Below, piece after piece: positions 1 through 13,196 of a stretch of 64,000 nt of DNA. The notes below the pieces were generated by a model. It searched no databases, was not told where the DNA came from, and saw nothing but the letters and a program-made list of their open reading frames with translations. Within the stretch, counting starts at the first letter, position 1. Each line of letters starts with the position of its first letter. The stretch comes from Botryllus schlosseri. Taxonomy: Eukaryota. The stretch is from contig CM119371.1 of NCBI GenBank assembly GCA_051294905.1, positions 2,108,001 through 2,172,000 on the forward strand. Reading direction: 5' to 3'. The position numbers were made by a program, and so were the translations under genes.

Positions 1-563
1 TGAAGCAAATTTCAACGTCCACGTTTACGGTTAAATCGCTTGTATTCTTCACAACGCTTACACAGGATTGTCAGATTCCGACTAAAACAAAGCAAGCATA
101 GCAATTCGCCAACGTATATCGTCGGTCCCGCCATTCATCGTAATTTCGCCAATTCGGTTGTTTGCGAATAATAAAGGTATTGAGGGAATAGAACCAGATG
201 ACCATGATATAACGTGATTAATATAATGCGTATAAGCTTTAAAATCAAGTATTCAAGTGAAAAACAAGGGCGTGGATTTTAAGGAAATATTTTGGAATCA
301 TTTGACTGGTCCGGCCCGCGAGTGCTCTGAAAGTTTGACTCTGACCCGCGACGCCAGTTGAGTTTGACACCCCTGCTGTTGATGAACAAATTACCAGGAA
401 TCACGAACTCCGCAACTGCGGTGGATATCTCGGGCATGGAATAGAACTCAATCCATGTGGATGGGACTCGTACTGTGCGGCAGAACTCAATGATAAACGT
501 GCGATGGTGTGAGGAGAACGTTCAATATATCCAATGCAACTAAAACTGGATGATAAGTACTAC

Positions 564-731
564 CTTCTTTTGCTGACAAGCTTCTAACGTCTTCCTGAAT
601 TCATCTGCTTCATCAACGAAAAACATGGCATGGATATTACCGAAAACGGAAATCGCCGTCCTGCGCTCCAAAATTCGGCTGTAATCCTGGACAGGTATCA
701 AGCCATTCACGGCAATATCCAGGAGAGCCAA
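564..731 (-). CDS. Probable downstream exon (3' boundary uncertain: 641, 564 or stop at 540)
   Basis: ttttag|TTG acceptor in phase 0, LALLDIAVNGLIPVQDYSRILERR. Alternative donors G|gtaata (641) and AAG|gtagta (564). Confidence 0.55.
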
Positions 732-866
732 CTAAAATGCGAAAAAAAAGTTTATCCCAGACTTTAATATAGCCGCCGAAGAGATGATTGGGTTCGAAGT
801 CATATAATATGATAGGTAAATATAACTGCGTTTAAAATACTTTAGGAATAGAATCAGGAATCGTAC

Positions 867-950
867 TTGATACTTTTTCCAGCAAGTCTCAATCAACGAC
901 CAATCGATGTTTTCTTCTTCTTCTGTGCAACTGAGCAGGATCTTGCTTAT
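867..950 (-). CDS. Probable downstream exon (28 codons)
   Basis: tgtgttcag|ATA ... CAA|gtacga, phase 0-0, ISKILLSCTEEEENIDWSLIETCWKKYQ. Confidence 0.62.
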
Positions 951-2505
951 CTGAACACAATTGATTTCAATAGGTAATATGACGTAATTGCCTCGATGCT
1001 CTCCCATTTGAATAAATCTTCATATAGGTAAAGTTCAATACTGAGTCATAAGAATTCTTCGATTCTCCATAATGCATATGCTACGTCGGTTTCAGTGTCA
1101 TTCCAGAGTTTGATACCTTTTACAAATATACTTATGAATATTTTATCCATTATACAAACGTATTATATAGAAGGTGGTGCTCAAACTAGTCACCGTCGGT
1201 ACTCAAGTAGAAGTGAAAGTAGCGATATACAATTAAGTAAAATAAAATTATAGTAGGCCAAGTTTTGCGTAAAAATGAAAACTGCCAAATAGAAGTAGTA
1301 TGAAACTTAACCACTTGAGTACGTAGGACAAGTAGGATATATCTACCTGAAGTACTACGACAAGTAGAAGTACTTCGTTACTGACCACCTCTAGATAAAT
1401 GCTGTAAGGAACGCTGGATAGCCTATGTAGCGATGTCGCTTATGTGTATGCGAAGGATGAATTTTACCCGAACGGTAAAACACATTGGAAACTGCGTAAA
1501 AACTGGCACGGACAGAAGCATGCCCTATTTTTAATTTATTTACATGCTTTTGAAACCTATATTTGGAGCAGGCATTGGAGCATGCAGCGATCGAACATTA
1601 TTTAGTTGTCAGCCAATGTTATGAAGGAAATATGTCTTACACGTCAAGGTGGTTCAGATACAGCGTTCAACGGAAGATCCCCAGTCAGGGATTCATGTCA
1701 AAATAGGGCCTAGTGTAGTCCATTTCTTTAGGTCAGAAGTAAATCATGTCTAACAATTTTTTATACATAAACAATGTTTTATGCATAAGAATAGGACATG
1801 ATTTTAGACTACTTTCACGCAAAATTACTTACTTTTCACAGATTGAATTTTGAGAAATAGAAGGTAGTTTTGCGTTACGTTTATATCACTGTGATGCGTG
1901 AAATCGTCTAAAGAAATCGCAATATACATCATGGTAACTGTTGAATCTAATGTCCAAGATTATACAAATTAGCAATAATAATCATATTTAGTTAGTCGCA
2001 GAGACTCATCTTGCAATTTACAAAGTAACCGCTAGCGATAAATCACCAAACACTTACGAACGATCGACCAAAACTACTTTTCGAAACTCAAGTACTTACA
2101 AAGGCACTTTTCAAACTTGTCACTTTCTACCTCCACTTGAATTAGTTTTAACACATCTTGGACACATCTACTTCTACATATAATTGCATATAAAATGAAA
2201 AAGTTACTTCTACTTCTTCACGATTATCAATGCTGATTACTTTCACCACATCTACATACAATCAAGACTCGACTCGCAATACTAGAGATGCAAGTAGAGT
2301 AGAAATTGAGAATGGAAGTTTTTGTCGAACAGTGAGTAGTGGATTTGAAATTTTAAAATACAATTCCTCTTCAAATCCAGAATTAATTTTGTCTCAACTC
2401 CAAGTCCAAATCCGATTAAGGCTGAAATTTGTCCAAAAGTATCATGGAAATTGAACAATATCAGTAAATATTTTACAATAATATTATTGAAAATGTATCT
2501 AATAC

Positions 2506-2661
2506 CTTGTTTAATTTAAACTCGGATAACTTCTGCAAATCGTCCTGCTTGGCCATCAGTTGTATCTGTTCTTTAAATTTGATGAATTCAGCATCAAAAA
2601 GTATTCCAAGAAATACAACGTCTGCTACGGCATGAACCCGGTTGAACGATAGATTGGAATC
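2506..2661 (-). CDS. Probable downstream exon (52 codons)
   Basis: atttttattttgcag|GAT ... AAG|gtatta, phase 0-0, DSNLSFNRVHAVADVVFLGILFD...KLNK. Confidence 0.65.
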
Positions 2662-3165
2662 CTGCAAAATAAAAATGTCAGTTACGTCACAATCTGCACC
2701 AATAAGAAACACTCGGAGGCGCAATCATACATGAGCAGATTATTGTTACTACTGAAGACTAGTGCGGGTGAAGCGATGGCTATGATGCTTGTCCGTTGGA
2801 AAATGCGATGTGAAAGAAACATAATCCTTGTATTTTTTGAAATATTTAACGTAACATTTCGAACGGACTTGATAATTAAAGTACAGTGCCGACATTTTTT
2901 TTTATAGATTCATCATGTAAAAACTCTTTACTTATAAAATCAGCACAAATTTTTAGCTTACTATTCTCAAAAAAGCATCTCGTCTTCATGACGCTCATCA
3001 ATACGTCATAATCTACATCCTGGCTATACTAAACCTCAAGGTCATCGTTGTACGTGCCTAGTGTAGCTGACAGCTCCGTACAGTAAAGTCATTGAAATGA
3101 GCGAAACTTCATTCCAATCATTAGTATAGACTCGTTATCGAAGTTGATTCATCTTGATATCAAAC

Positions 3166-3327
3166 CTTGATGATGAAACGACCGTCAGTCTCGCCACTTA
3201 TATTGATGACATCTTCTTCGTTCTTCAATTCAAAATGCCTTCCATATTCTCCTACAGTCAGATTGACAACCTGAATATTATCCAGATGTGAAACTTGAGA
3301 TTGTGCATTATATCGATCATCCACCAT
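3166..3327 (-). CDS. Probable downstream exon of the same NLR gene (54 codons)
   Basis: gatag|ATG ... AAG|gtttga, phase 0-0, open frame MVDDRYN...LDNIQVVNLTVGEY...FIIK. Not in the ORF track (<60 aa). Confidence 0.55.
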
Positions 3328-3766
3328 CTATCGTGACGTCATATCTTACATAAAGTGACGACCGCATCATCACAGATCATCATGTGCTATACTTCTTTGA
3401 CATGGGTCACTGATTTACTGACGTTTTGCCGGTGGCGGCATTTTGTGACTTAAGTGGCTCGATATGTCCAAAAATACTCGTTTATATGAGTTAAGAAGTA
3501 TGATGGCGGAATCCGTAGAAAAAGTATGAGTATGGAGACGAATATATTTTGGGCAATATAGTTGACCTTTAATCAAATCGTAAGCACCCGGAACCGTGTT
3601 CCTGCATTGACACGAATTCATGAGCTAATTTCGTCTTTTTAATCGTAGCGCAAGAATGGACCGTTTACTGTTATGAGCATGTAAATCAGAATCACCCCAT
3701 GGACATCATAGTGAGTCCTATATTACAATGGGAATAAAACACTCCAGTAAAAAACGTTGTTGTAAT

Positions 3767-4261
3767 TAGGGCTGGCCACAATGATTCGAGTGCTCAAATC
3801 TGAATCGAATATCAATTTTAATGATTCAGGCCGAGTAGTAAAAGTCGATTTTGTCAAGTACAGAAATTGTGCGTTTGTCGACACGGAAAGTTACTTTATT
3901 GAGAAAAAATTGTAGTTTTGACAGTATTTTTCACTTTTGAAGCCTTGAAATCAAGATTGGTCACATAGCAGTACATCAAACATATTGTACAAAGCTACGA
4001 ACGTTACTGGAATAACATATTTTCAAAGTCATCGCCCAAAATTGCCACTAACTGTCAATTAAATTGGTATGTTCGAAAAAATACCGAAGTATCTTTATTG
4101 TGATGCATAACAACAGGCATTATATTATTTAAGGTGACATAAAAGGTGCATATTTAAACTTTTACATATTACATTCTGTTATGATGTCAGTCGACTCGAC
4201 TCAAAGCTTTATACGTGATTTAGAATCGAATCACTCAGATACTCGATTTTCCCCAGCCCTA
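3767..4261. mobile_element. hAT-type MITE (TAGGGCTGG ends)
   Basis: TIR TAGGGCTGG/CCAGCCCTA, TSD GTTGTAAT/GTTATAAT. Related ends at about 58966 and 62497. Confidence 0.82.
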
Positions 4262-4774
4262 GTTATAATCAGTGAACAATTTCGCCATGCAATGTCAAAA
4301 TCGTCGTGTTGGCCAGAAAATCAGATGCGCACTTTGTTGATTAGGAGTAGTAATATTCTGTTGCGCACTAATTCATGTCGACATGCATACTTTTGAATTT
4401 TGACAATGGTACTTTTTATTTACGCAGTGCATTTTGTAGGGGCACGCGCCGTTTGCTTACGCAAATGTGACATAATTTTTTCAAAATATTGATGAACAAT
4501 TCGATCATCGCCAGACTGCCTGGTATCAATCACACCAATATGAAATTTCATTACATTACATTCATTACATCCATTGTCAATGTAGTAGAAAGTCGATTTT
4601 TGTTGATGTGGTCGTGACATTAGATTTGCGCTCTTATTGCTGCCACTACTTTACATAATCCCCCATTTCACCAAATTCAATCACATAGCTCGATATTAAT
4701 GACACAGTGCGGATAATAAAACATCATATCAGTGAGTAAATACTCTACGGCTTCGGGATGAAAGCGGAGTAGGA

Positions 4775-5615
4775 CTGTTAAAAAAATTCTTCAGAATTCA
4801 CTGGCTATGTGATAAAATTGTTAGGTTGGTTGAAACAACGCTGTAAACCAAATTTGACTTCAAGTCCAACCGGTAGAAGCAAGATTTTTGCTGTTAAAAG
4901 TTTTGAATTTATAATTTAAAAAAATTCAAAGTTTTTCTTTCAACCCCATAAAATTGTTAGGCAATCAGCAGTGATGATGCATACCAAACTTGGCTCAATT
5001 CCAACCGCTAGGAGCGAAGTTCTTGCCGTAGTAATATTTCCAATTTTTAGATATAATTATAGCTTTCAATACAACATATATTGTAGTACAATATTTGAAC
5101 TCAAATACTTTCCGGCACTCTAAAGGGATTTAAATGGATTTAGAAGCAAATCCAAATCTGTTTAACTCCCTTCAGTGTGCCGTTAACACTTGAAAGAGGC
5201 AACTAAAAAGTCTTCGAGTTTAATAAATATTCTGCTACAATGGATTTTGTATTGAAAGTTATATTCAAGTTTTGTACCACGAATCAGCTATTTGAATAAA
5301 TAATTAAAGAGTTAGCCACCGTAAAATTATTTTATTCGAATCCACATTTTTCTACCACAATAACTTCGCTTCTAGTGGCTGAAATTGAGCCACATTTGGT
5401 GTGCATAATCTCTAGTGACAGCCCAACAATTTTACGTTGTTGACAGAAAAATATTAAAATTCAGTTTTTTAATGATAAATCCAAAATTTTCTACTGCAAG
5501 AAAATCGCTCCTACTGGTTGTAATTAGCCCAAAGTTGACGTGCAGCGTTGTTTTCGCCAACCTAACAATTTTATAACACAGACAAAGAAATCTGAAGGTT
5601 TTTTGAGCAGCCGAG
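4775..5615. repeat. Diverged fold-back (inverted duplication) centred on the hairpin GGATTT-AGAAGC-AAATCC (5136-5153)
   Basis: Arms are mirror images with indels. Internal GGAATTGAGCCAAA-type units recur at about 15560-15740 and 47600-47770. Confidence 0.75.
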
Positions 5616-5759
5616 ATGCAGAGAATGTACGTATACTGCTTTCTATCACCACCATGGTGTCACCAATCACGTGCGATCGTCACGTCACAAGTCTCCGCAT
5701 ACCCGCATAAAATTATAGTGGCTTGTTAGTACACAACCAAATCATAAAATCGATCTCAC

Positions 5760-5864
5760 TTCCCAATCCAATTTTCCAGACAGCGATTCAATCCGACGAT
5801 GCCCGAGAAGTGAACGCAGTGCTGTTGCTGAGAAATTATTGTCACACAAATCCACTTCCTTCAC
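5760..5864 (-). CDS. NLR LRR exon (35 codons)
   Basis: ttccag|GTG ... GAA|gtgaga, phase 0-0. VKEVDLCDNNFSATALRSLL continues the previous exon (CLENRIQ|VKEVDL) as an RI-like LRR. Confidence 0.8.
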
Positions 5865-6431
5865 CTGGAATGATGAATGAAATATGAAAACAATGTTCAT
5901 CAAATGCATTCGAACAGTTTTGAGCAAGTGAAAATGTAGCTGCGAACCAAAATTTTGTAATTGGTAGTTATTACGAGCTTCTTTACTCTTGCATTTATTT
6001 TAATTTTACTCACCTTTTCGGTATCATCCTTATTGCCTTACCAATTACATTTCATTCATCCTACTCAGCTCTGAGTATTCATTTGAGTACATTTCAATGA
6101 CTGTCTTGTATCCTATTCGCTATTAGTCGTTGCCAGTCGCTCGAACTTTTGATTGTTATTTGTTAGTAGTCGCTTATAACAATTTTCTTTTTTTGTATTT
6201 TTCAGAGCTCATGATTAGGAATAGTTCGAATACGTTCAAGTTATTTTTTCTAATTGAAGGTTATTCTACGTAGTACAATCATGAATGAAACATGAATAGC
6301 TTGAGATTGTTGCTAATTACGTCACTACAGTTGTCAAAGAGCACCTTTCTAGCGAATCAATCAGACTTTTACCAGTAATTGTAATTATAATTGTACTTAC
6401 TTACATGTTTAACAGTAATTGTAACTGTAGT

Positions 6432-6938
6432 CAGGGTTCTAAAGACTCGAGTCACGCTTTTCTGATGACTCGACTTGACTCGAGTAATTTTTGCAAAATT
6501 CTGAAATTACTCGACTCAACTCGAGTCAGTCAACCAAGTCATATGACTCGAGACTCAGACGGCCAAGATCGACATTTTATTGTAATCTCAAAGAATAGTG
6601 ACCACGCTATTGTGATTTCGTCTATTGGAAATGGTACTTCAAGATGTGACCAGAAACTGCTACAAGTGAGGAAAATTATTATATTATAAATGCAAACCAT
6701 TCAATATCACAAACTGGGTTATACGGTAATAAGTGGGTTACCAAGACTTTAACCGGAAGCTGAGGCGTCAACACAATGACTTGGACTCGAGTCAAAATGC
6801 CATGACTCGGACTCCACCCTCTTATTGCTGACTTGGACTCGGTGTTGAGTTGAAAATGACTCGACCTGACTCGAGTCAAAACTATGAAAATGAGATTAAC
6901 TTGTTACTCGGAGCCTTCGTGACTAGGTTACAACCCTG
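6432..6938. mobile_element. hAT MITE, GACTCGAGTC family, inserted in a GTAATT-rich element
   Basis: TIR CAGGGTT/AACCCTG, TSD ACTGTAGT/ATTGTAGT, colinear with 45053-45627. Confidence 0.9.
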
Positions 6939-8292
6939 ATTGTAGTTGTAATTTTATATTTTTAGCGTAGAGTAATTGTATTCATAAGTAATTAAAACAT
7001 GCAATAAAGTAATTGTAATTGAATTGAATCAAAGTAATTGATTCAACTCTGTAGGTGGTCTAATATTCAAATTATTACACAGTGTACTAAGGAAAAAATT
7101 TCAGTAGCAGAAATCTGCTATTATTGTTTATGTTTATATGGAAAAGATTTTGAGCGTACTTCAAGCCTTCAAAATTGCAGACCTAGAGCCATAGGCTATA
7201 TTAGAATTTCCTTCCGGACACAACTTTAACAGTGAAGTTCCGAACATGTCCGGGAAAATCCGGACGTATGGCAATCCGAATGTATACCTCAATCCACAAT
7301 CGCGGCAATACGCGTTCTACTGTTCGGGAACATGTCCCATATTCGAAATAACTTGAAAATTCCGGACAATCATCCGTGCGCACTTTTTTCAACAAAAGCA
7401 ATGTTATTGTGATGCAACGATGCGTTCAGAAAATATCCACACAGCACTGTGATGATCGAAATCAGTGGTGTCGAAGAAAACGAATGTTGAGTAATATTCA
7501 TAGGCCAAAGTATACCCACTAGTGGCAAAATGTGCGCAGAGTTTACAGGTTTATGTAAAAAATGTATCGCTATGTAGTTCCTCATAGATGCGAAAACGCA
7601 ATGCAAAACTGCTATATTCAGGTCATCCGTCACACGGAGAATAAAAATATCATTCTGATATCTGTTTTCGCAGCGCTATGCCAGTTTTGGGTCAAACGAT
7701 CCCTGGCTCACACAGAAACCTGAAATGGGTTTGAATATTGTTGAACCAAATTCCAACGTCACCGTTTATTATAGTTAAATCTATCTTATTCCTCACAACG
7801 TATAGTCACTACAGTTTTCACAACTCCGACTCCATCGCGAGAAAATTAGCCAAACTCCGACTCCGACTTCACATCCCTGGTTACAACCCTGTCATAATCC
7901 CGACTTGAATTATCCCATAATCCATGTTATATCGACTTTATTTTGATCATAGACATAGCATACAACGAACGTAGGATAACCAGGACGAACAGATGAACAC
8001 TAAACAGCCTTTAAAGTAAACACAATTTATATACATCCCATAGTTTTAGTACGCATTGAAATGTTGAATTACAAATTCCAAGCAACTTTTCGCCGTCCGT
8101 ATATTTCGCCCGCGGCCCGTCAAATGCCAAGGTCTGCTCTAAGATAATGTAACCCCTAATTTTCAGTCAGTCACTACAACCAAACCAACCACAGTACACA
8201 ATCAACACACATTTATTACATTACTTACATTGTGCGTCGGGTTAGTTGTGTTTTAGCTAGTTGCGGATTTTTAAAGGTCATTAGTTCTCGTT

Positions 8293-8717
8293 GGGGTTGC
8301 ATTTAAAACAAACGGTGTTTTAAAAAATATTGTCTAAAACATGTTTTAAACAGTGTTGTAAACAGAAGTCGTTGGAAATAAAATTGTGTTAAGTTATGCC
8401 ATAGGTGCGTTAATACTTTCCAAAAAACATTGTATGAGCCGAAGAACAATTACGACCCAATATAGCCGACGTATATCGATATTGGATGGTTGGAACTCTA
8501 GAAATAGGCGGTTCAACAGTAATAGTACATATATTTCGTCAAAGGAACTATATTCATCCTATATTTTCAATTGTCGATGCTAATCCAGTATGACGTCACA
8601 ATTGAATATTCGTGAAGTCGTGACTTGAAAAATAAAATAAAAACAAACATGCTTTAAACAAGGGCTTTGTTTATATCATGCTTGTTTTAAATTGATTTTC
8701 ATTTTAAATGCAACCCT
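8293..8717. mobile_element. MITE with GGGTTGCATTTAAAA ends
   Basis: Terminal inverted repeats. The interior recurs inverted at about 38540-38870. Confidence 0.7.
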
Positions 8718-10725
8718 AGTTTTAGTTATAGTTCTAGTTGTCAGTCATGAAAGTGATTTTTTTTAAACTTCAAAAATGATTATATTGGTATTTTCTGTCG
8801 ATGCTCATGAATGACAAGATTTGGAACATTTTTACTCTCAAAATCACACAATATGAACATTTATTGTTCGACAATAAAGCGCAAAATGGGAGGTAAGGCA
8901 CAGGACGGGACAAGCCTCCTTTATATTAGCGCAATAATCCATCGTAAATAGCTTTGAATCTATAACCGATATTAGTCGAATTGAATTGTCTCACTGGTCC
9001 CAAAAATCTAGATATTGATCGACTTCTCAAGTCTAAAAGTATTCGACGGTGACATAACGTTGCGCTATACGCCCACAATTTAGCGGCGGTAGTAGAAAGG
9101 TACTTTTAGCAATCAAGAACGTGGATATCGCTATGGTACTGTTTGTAAGTCGAATTTGTAAACGTGCATGTCACTTGCACGGCAGTTCATTTGTCGCAGC
9201 AGATCCAGACGAAAGTAAAGTGGGTCAATTCGATTGACAAATGATTTACGACATTACAGAAATTTCAGACTGCGCTAAGATACTATATATCAGATTTGTT
9301 TGACAAACACTGCGCACTTCCGCGTTTTCGATGTACGCGGATCGTGCAGCACGCGTGAAGATAGTTCTACTGGCATCCACCCGCAGTTCAAGTCTATAGT
9401 TCCAAGCTTTCGCCAAACCGGTATGATTACCTCTAGGGTTGGAAAATCTGTTTACTGATATAGTTTCATCAACTTTACTTCTCAATTCTCAAATTGGCCT
9501 GTAACAACGTTTTGCTACAAGCCCATATTTCAACGCCAGTGCAGGCACGTTATCTGACAATCACAATATGGATGGCTAGTTCCTAATTCGGATTAGTCAA
9601 CGTTAACATCACTTCCAAATGAGTTCATTTCTTTGTTGTGATTAGTACGATAATGAGGATTTGAAAATTGCATTATTACAGGGTCACCGCCATGTATGCT
9701 CTTCTCTGCGACGAATAAGCGTATTGTGCAAAACCTAATCCAGCCTTCAAAGCAATATGTCGTTGAAAGCGAAATACGGTTAGATATTGATTGCCTGCAT
9801 GACCGCAATTTTGATTTGTCAAACATACAAACTTCACATCGAACCCGATTTAGATTATTGATCGTTTGCTATAGACTAGAAGTATTTTGCGTAGAATTTC
9901 AAAATTTGACGAATCTCTCGCGGCACCCTCGCGAGACGTGAATGACACAAAATTGTGCCGCAGTACACCGGTTGTAAACCACTGCCCTAGTCGTTCGTTT
10001 GTTTTTTTCAATCCAAACAACTAGGTCGTCTAAATTCACTGTTGCAATTGTTATGTGACGTGGGCCTGCATTTTGGATCACAAATTTGCTGCTGTGTGCG
10101 ACGTTACTAGTTCCTGCACATTCAGAAAACAATATGGCTATGAGGTTGTGGGGTCATTTTCCCCTAATAGCAGGGCTGTAATGACTAGAGTCATTACTCG
10201 ACTCGAGTCACGATCAAGCCAATGTGACGTCTACTAGCGTCATATATTGCGCACAATTTGCCAATTTTTGCCGTCCAGCAATTACATTAGTTCAATCGTC
10301 AAACGCGCGATCGTTGATTGACTCTGGATTCGTTTTTTTGAGACAGCAGCGGATGTCTATGCTAATCCAGTATTTAGAGAATCTACGCTTCGAGGTACGG
10401 CCATCAGCCATCACTTTCGGTTCGTGATATTGATGATAATACTCCTGATATAGGCTATTCATATATCACGTATGTTCATTGAGCAGGTTGCTACTATATC
10501 GCTCCCATCGAATATGATTTTGAAAATTGCTATCTTTCCCGCAATAGGCCTAAGCGACGTGAAATTATGACACCGAAGCGATTGCCACGAACAGTGCATC
10601 GCCGCGAAAAGATGTGAATATTGCACCATATCTGAAGAGGATAGACTTTACAGTGACATGAATTCCAGTTCAACACATAATATAGTTTTCCTGCGAAAGG
10701 AATCATTTGAAGAAGTATGACTCAC

Positions 10726-11036
10726 TTGTATTCTATTTTCCAGACAACTTGCAATGATGCCCAGCAGCTCGTCGTTGATACTGCAGCTGGTTAAATTCAA
10801 AGAACCAAGGCTTTGATTCCTTGCTGCAAGCGATCCAACGATGTGAGCTTCATCGCGACTCAATGAGATATGAGATGCGTCGATAACGGAAAGACCTTTC
10901 ATAAGATTGTCGTCACCCGATTCGTAGATTGCTGTATATAGTTCCATGTGAATGTATCCGTCGTATTCTTTAGTCGTCTGTAGTCGCGAATGAATCGATC
11001 GAACAAGAATATTTCGCTTCTGTGTTTGATCCGAGA
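10726..11036 (-). CDS. NLR exon after NACHT: helical domain and first LRRs
   Basis: Acceptor ttgacag|TC (phase 1, matches the NACHT donor), donor CAA|gtgagt. Contains LRR-like LSVIDASHISLS and LGSLNLTSCSINDELLGIIASCL. Confidence 0.88.
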
Positions 11037-11214
11037 CTGTCAAGCAATGCACAATGTCGTTGTATTCTTAATTATTCTTGCTTTACCGTTTACGTAACAA
11101 TTGAATAATTCACGCGACTGTGATGAGACAGGGTTCAAATGGAGTCAATGAACTTCAATGTCTACCGGTAGTTCACAATAACAATATCATTTCATGCGCA
11201 TCAATATCGCACGT

Positions 11215-11421
11215 TCGACTAAGATCGGCTCCAGAATTCATACCTAAGTGTTGGAGGTTTATTTAGGCTCACCCTCCAGAAGCTGTATATTTCAAAAAGC
11301 TTAGAAGTGGGCCGTGCTACAAGTCGACGGATGCGAAACCAAAAATGCAAAAAATCGGCCTGGTGCAAATGACACCTTTAGTCGACAGACACCATAAATA
11401 CCCGAAAAAAACAAACAAACA
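11215..11421 (+). mobile_element. Diverged SINE copy in the intron after the NACHT exon
   Basis: TACCTAAGTGTTGGAGGTTTA...AGAAGTGGGCCGTGCTA...GTCGACAGACACCATAAATACC plus an (AAAC)n tail. Confidence 0.75.
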
Positions 11422-11684
11422 ATATCACATAGTGATCATCGATGGGCCCTGGTAGCGCTCACGTTCAATAATCTGCGAACTTATGCAGATATTAGATGTA
11501 TAGGTTTTATTTAGCCGACTGAATGTAAAGACTTATTTACCAGCCGTGTATGAATTTAAGATCTTTCGACTATTTCACCCATTCGATTGTGACAATACCA
11601 TCGAAGTCATGATAAACCATAAGCGACCCATAATAATCAATCGGTGCTGCGGCAGAATAGCCGCTGAAAACCATGATCACTCAC

Positions 11685-13196
11685 CGTTGTGAAGATCGCT
11701 AGTAGATTTCATGTAAACGATGCCTGTAACGAATCTTCGAACCACGGACCATCGTTTCTCATGCAGATGTTGGCCATTAAAGCGAGAGAACATATCGAGC
11801 TTCATTTCCGAGATAAAACCAGCCGCCAGAAATTCTTGCATGCTTTGATGACAGAAGAAGAATGTGAAGTCGCCTTCCATCAAGTGACGGCTGAGGATGT
11901 TGTTGCCAGGCACTTTCGTCATCAAATCCTGCACTTCGTCCGCAGAAACTCCAAACTGATCCAAATCTGCCTTGAAGAATACGACTCGTCCGTCTTTCAT
12001 GCCTTCAAACGCCATTGCCTTCAATTTGTTGATAATCGAGAGGATTTCCTTACGGTTTCGGATATTTTCCACACTCTGTAAGACTAACATGATCCTGCTG
12101 TACAGTTCTGTCACGGTAGACGGGGGAGGTCTATCAGGATCAATTCCCATCACCACTGCTATCAAAATCAGGAAAACCGGGACCGATAAAAGTTGTAATA
12201 ATCGTGGTGACATGATTTCAATCTTTTTCCACAGACGCTGCCCGTTGTCACAGAGCAGAAAAGTAAACAGTTTATAAGCGTCTTGCAGTGTTAGACCAGT
12301 AAGTATGATGATATCTTGCGGACGTGCCTCCGTCGGTAACTCGGAGACTTTGAACTCACGTGACGCCACTATGATTTTGACATGGTGAAGGATTCTGCGT
12401 GATAGGATATTGTACATGATGATCGAGGAGCTCGCTCTTTCAAACGTTTTGATATTTCGTACTGTAGACTCCTCAAAGTCCCACTTCACTTGATCAAGCC
12501 CGTCAAAAATGATAATTGCTTCAGATTGATTCTCGAGCAGCCATTTGAAAGCTTCATCCTCTTCATACTCAGTTTCAAACAGACCGCCGAATAAAAACTT
12601 CGATGATTTTATACAGTTCTCTTGTTTCATGCTCTTCAATTCGACGTAATGTATCATTTTTTCCTTTGGTTTCGGTTCGGAAGAAGTTCCGAGAGCCCAT
12701 CGGAAAAATCTACGAAATATGTTATATTTCCTCAACGGAACAGCTTCATCCTTTTCCTTAGCGGAGGGAATTTCGAGCGCTTTCCGTGCAATTCTACGCA
12801 CAAGAGTAGTTTTGCCCGATCCTGCAGAGGCGACAATTGCGGTGTAACCAACTTTATTGTCATGAGGTAATTTCTCGGACTTTGACAGCCATTCCATTAT
12901 CTCTTCCATTGTTATCGGTTTACCGTCATTTTCGGATTGACGGTAAAACCCGACTTCCTCTATCAACTGACTTTGAAAAGCTTTCCTTCTAGATTCAAGA
13001 CCATATTCATCATCTGAAGATTTTTGTGCGCGACGGCCTTTGTAGTAGTCATCTACATTGAACTTTTTCATCTGCGGGAAAACTTCGAAGTCAGGTTCGT
13101 GAGGAAATTCATTCTTGAAATCTTCGCGGATGCCATTTGCCGTTTCTTGTCGAGTATGGTCGTTTATAACCTTTATCAATTTCCAGTAATCTACGC
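11685..13196 (-). CDS. NLR-type gene, NACHT NTPase exon (phase 1 to phase 1, 1512 nt)
   Basis: 500-aa ORF with Walker A VASAGSGKTT, Walker B IIIFDGLDQ, sensor-1 IIVASR, helical-domain LSVPVFL and winged-helix FFFCHQSMQEFLAA. Acceptor ttttctgcag|GC at 13196, donor G|gtgagt at 11685. Confidence 0.93.

Noticed and set aside
385-540. Selenoprotein reading via two in-frame TGA codons
   Set aside because: No recognisable SECIS or redox motif. Stops or a frameshift are simpler explanations.
9246-10132. Several 77-81 aa ORFs inside the NLR intron as extra LRR exons
   Set aside because: No LRR pattern or convincing phase-0 splice pairs, and exons 10726 and 5864 already join seamlessly.
11689-12277. 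Plus-strand ORFs of 130 and 101 aa
   Set aside because: Antisense shadows of the NACHT exon with no independent motifs.
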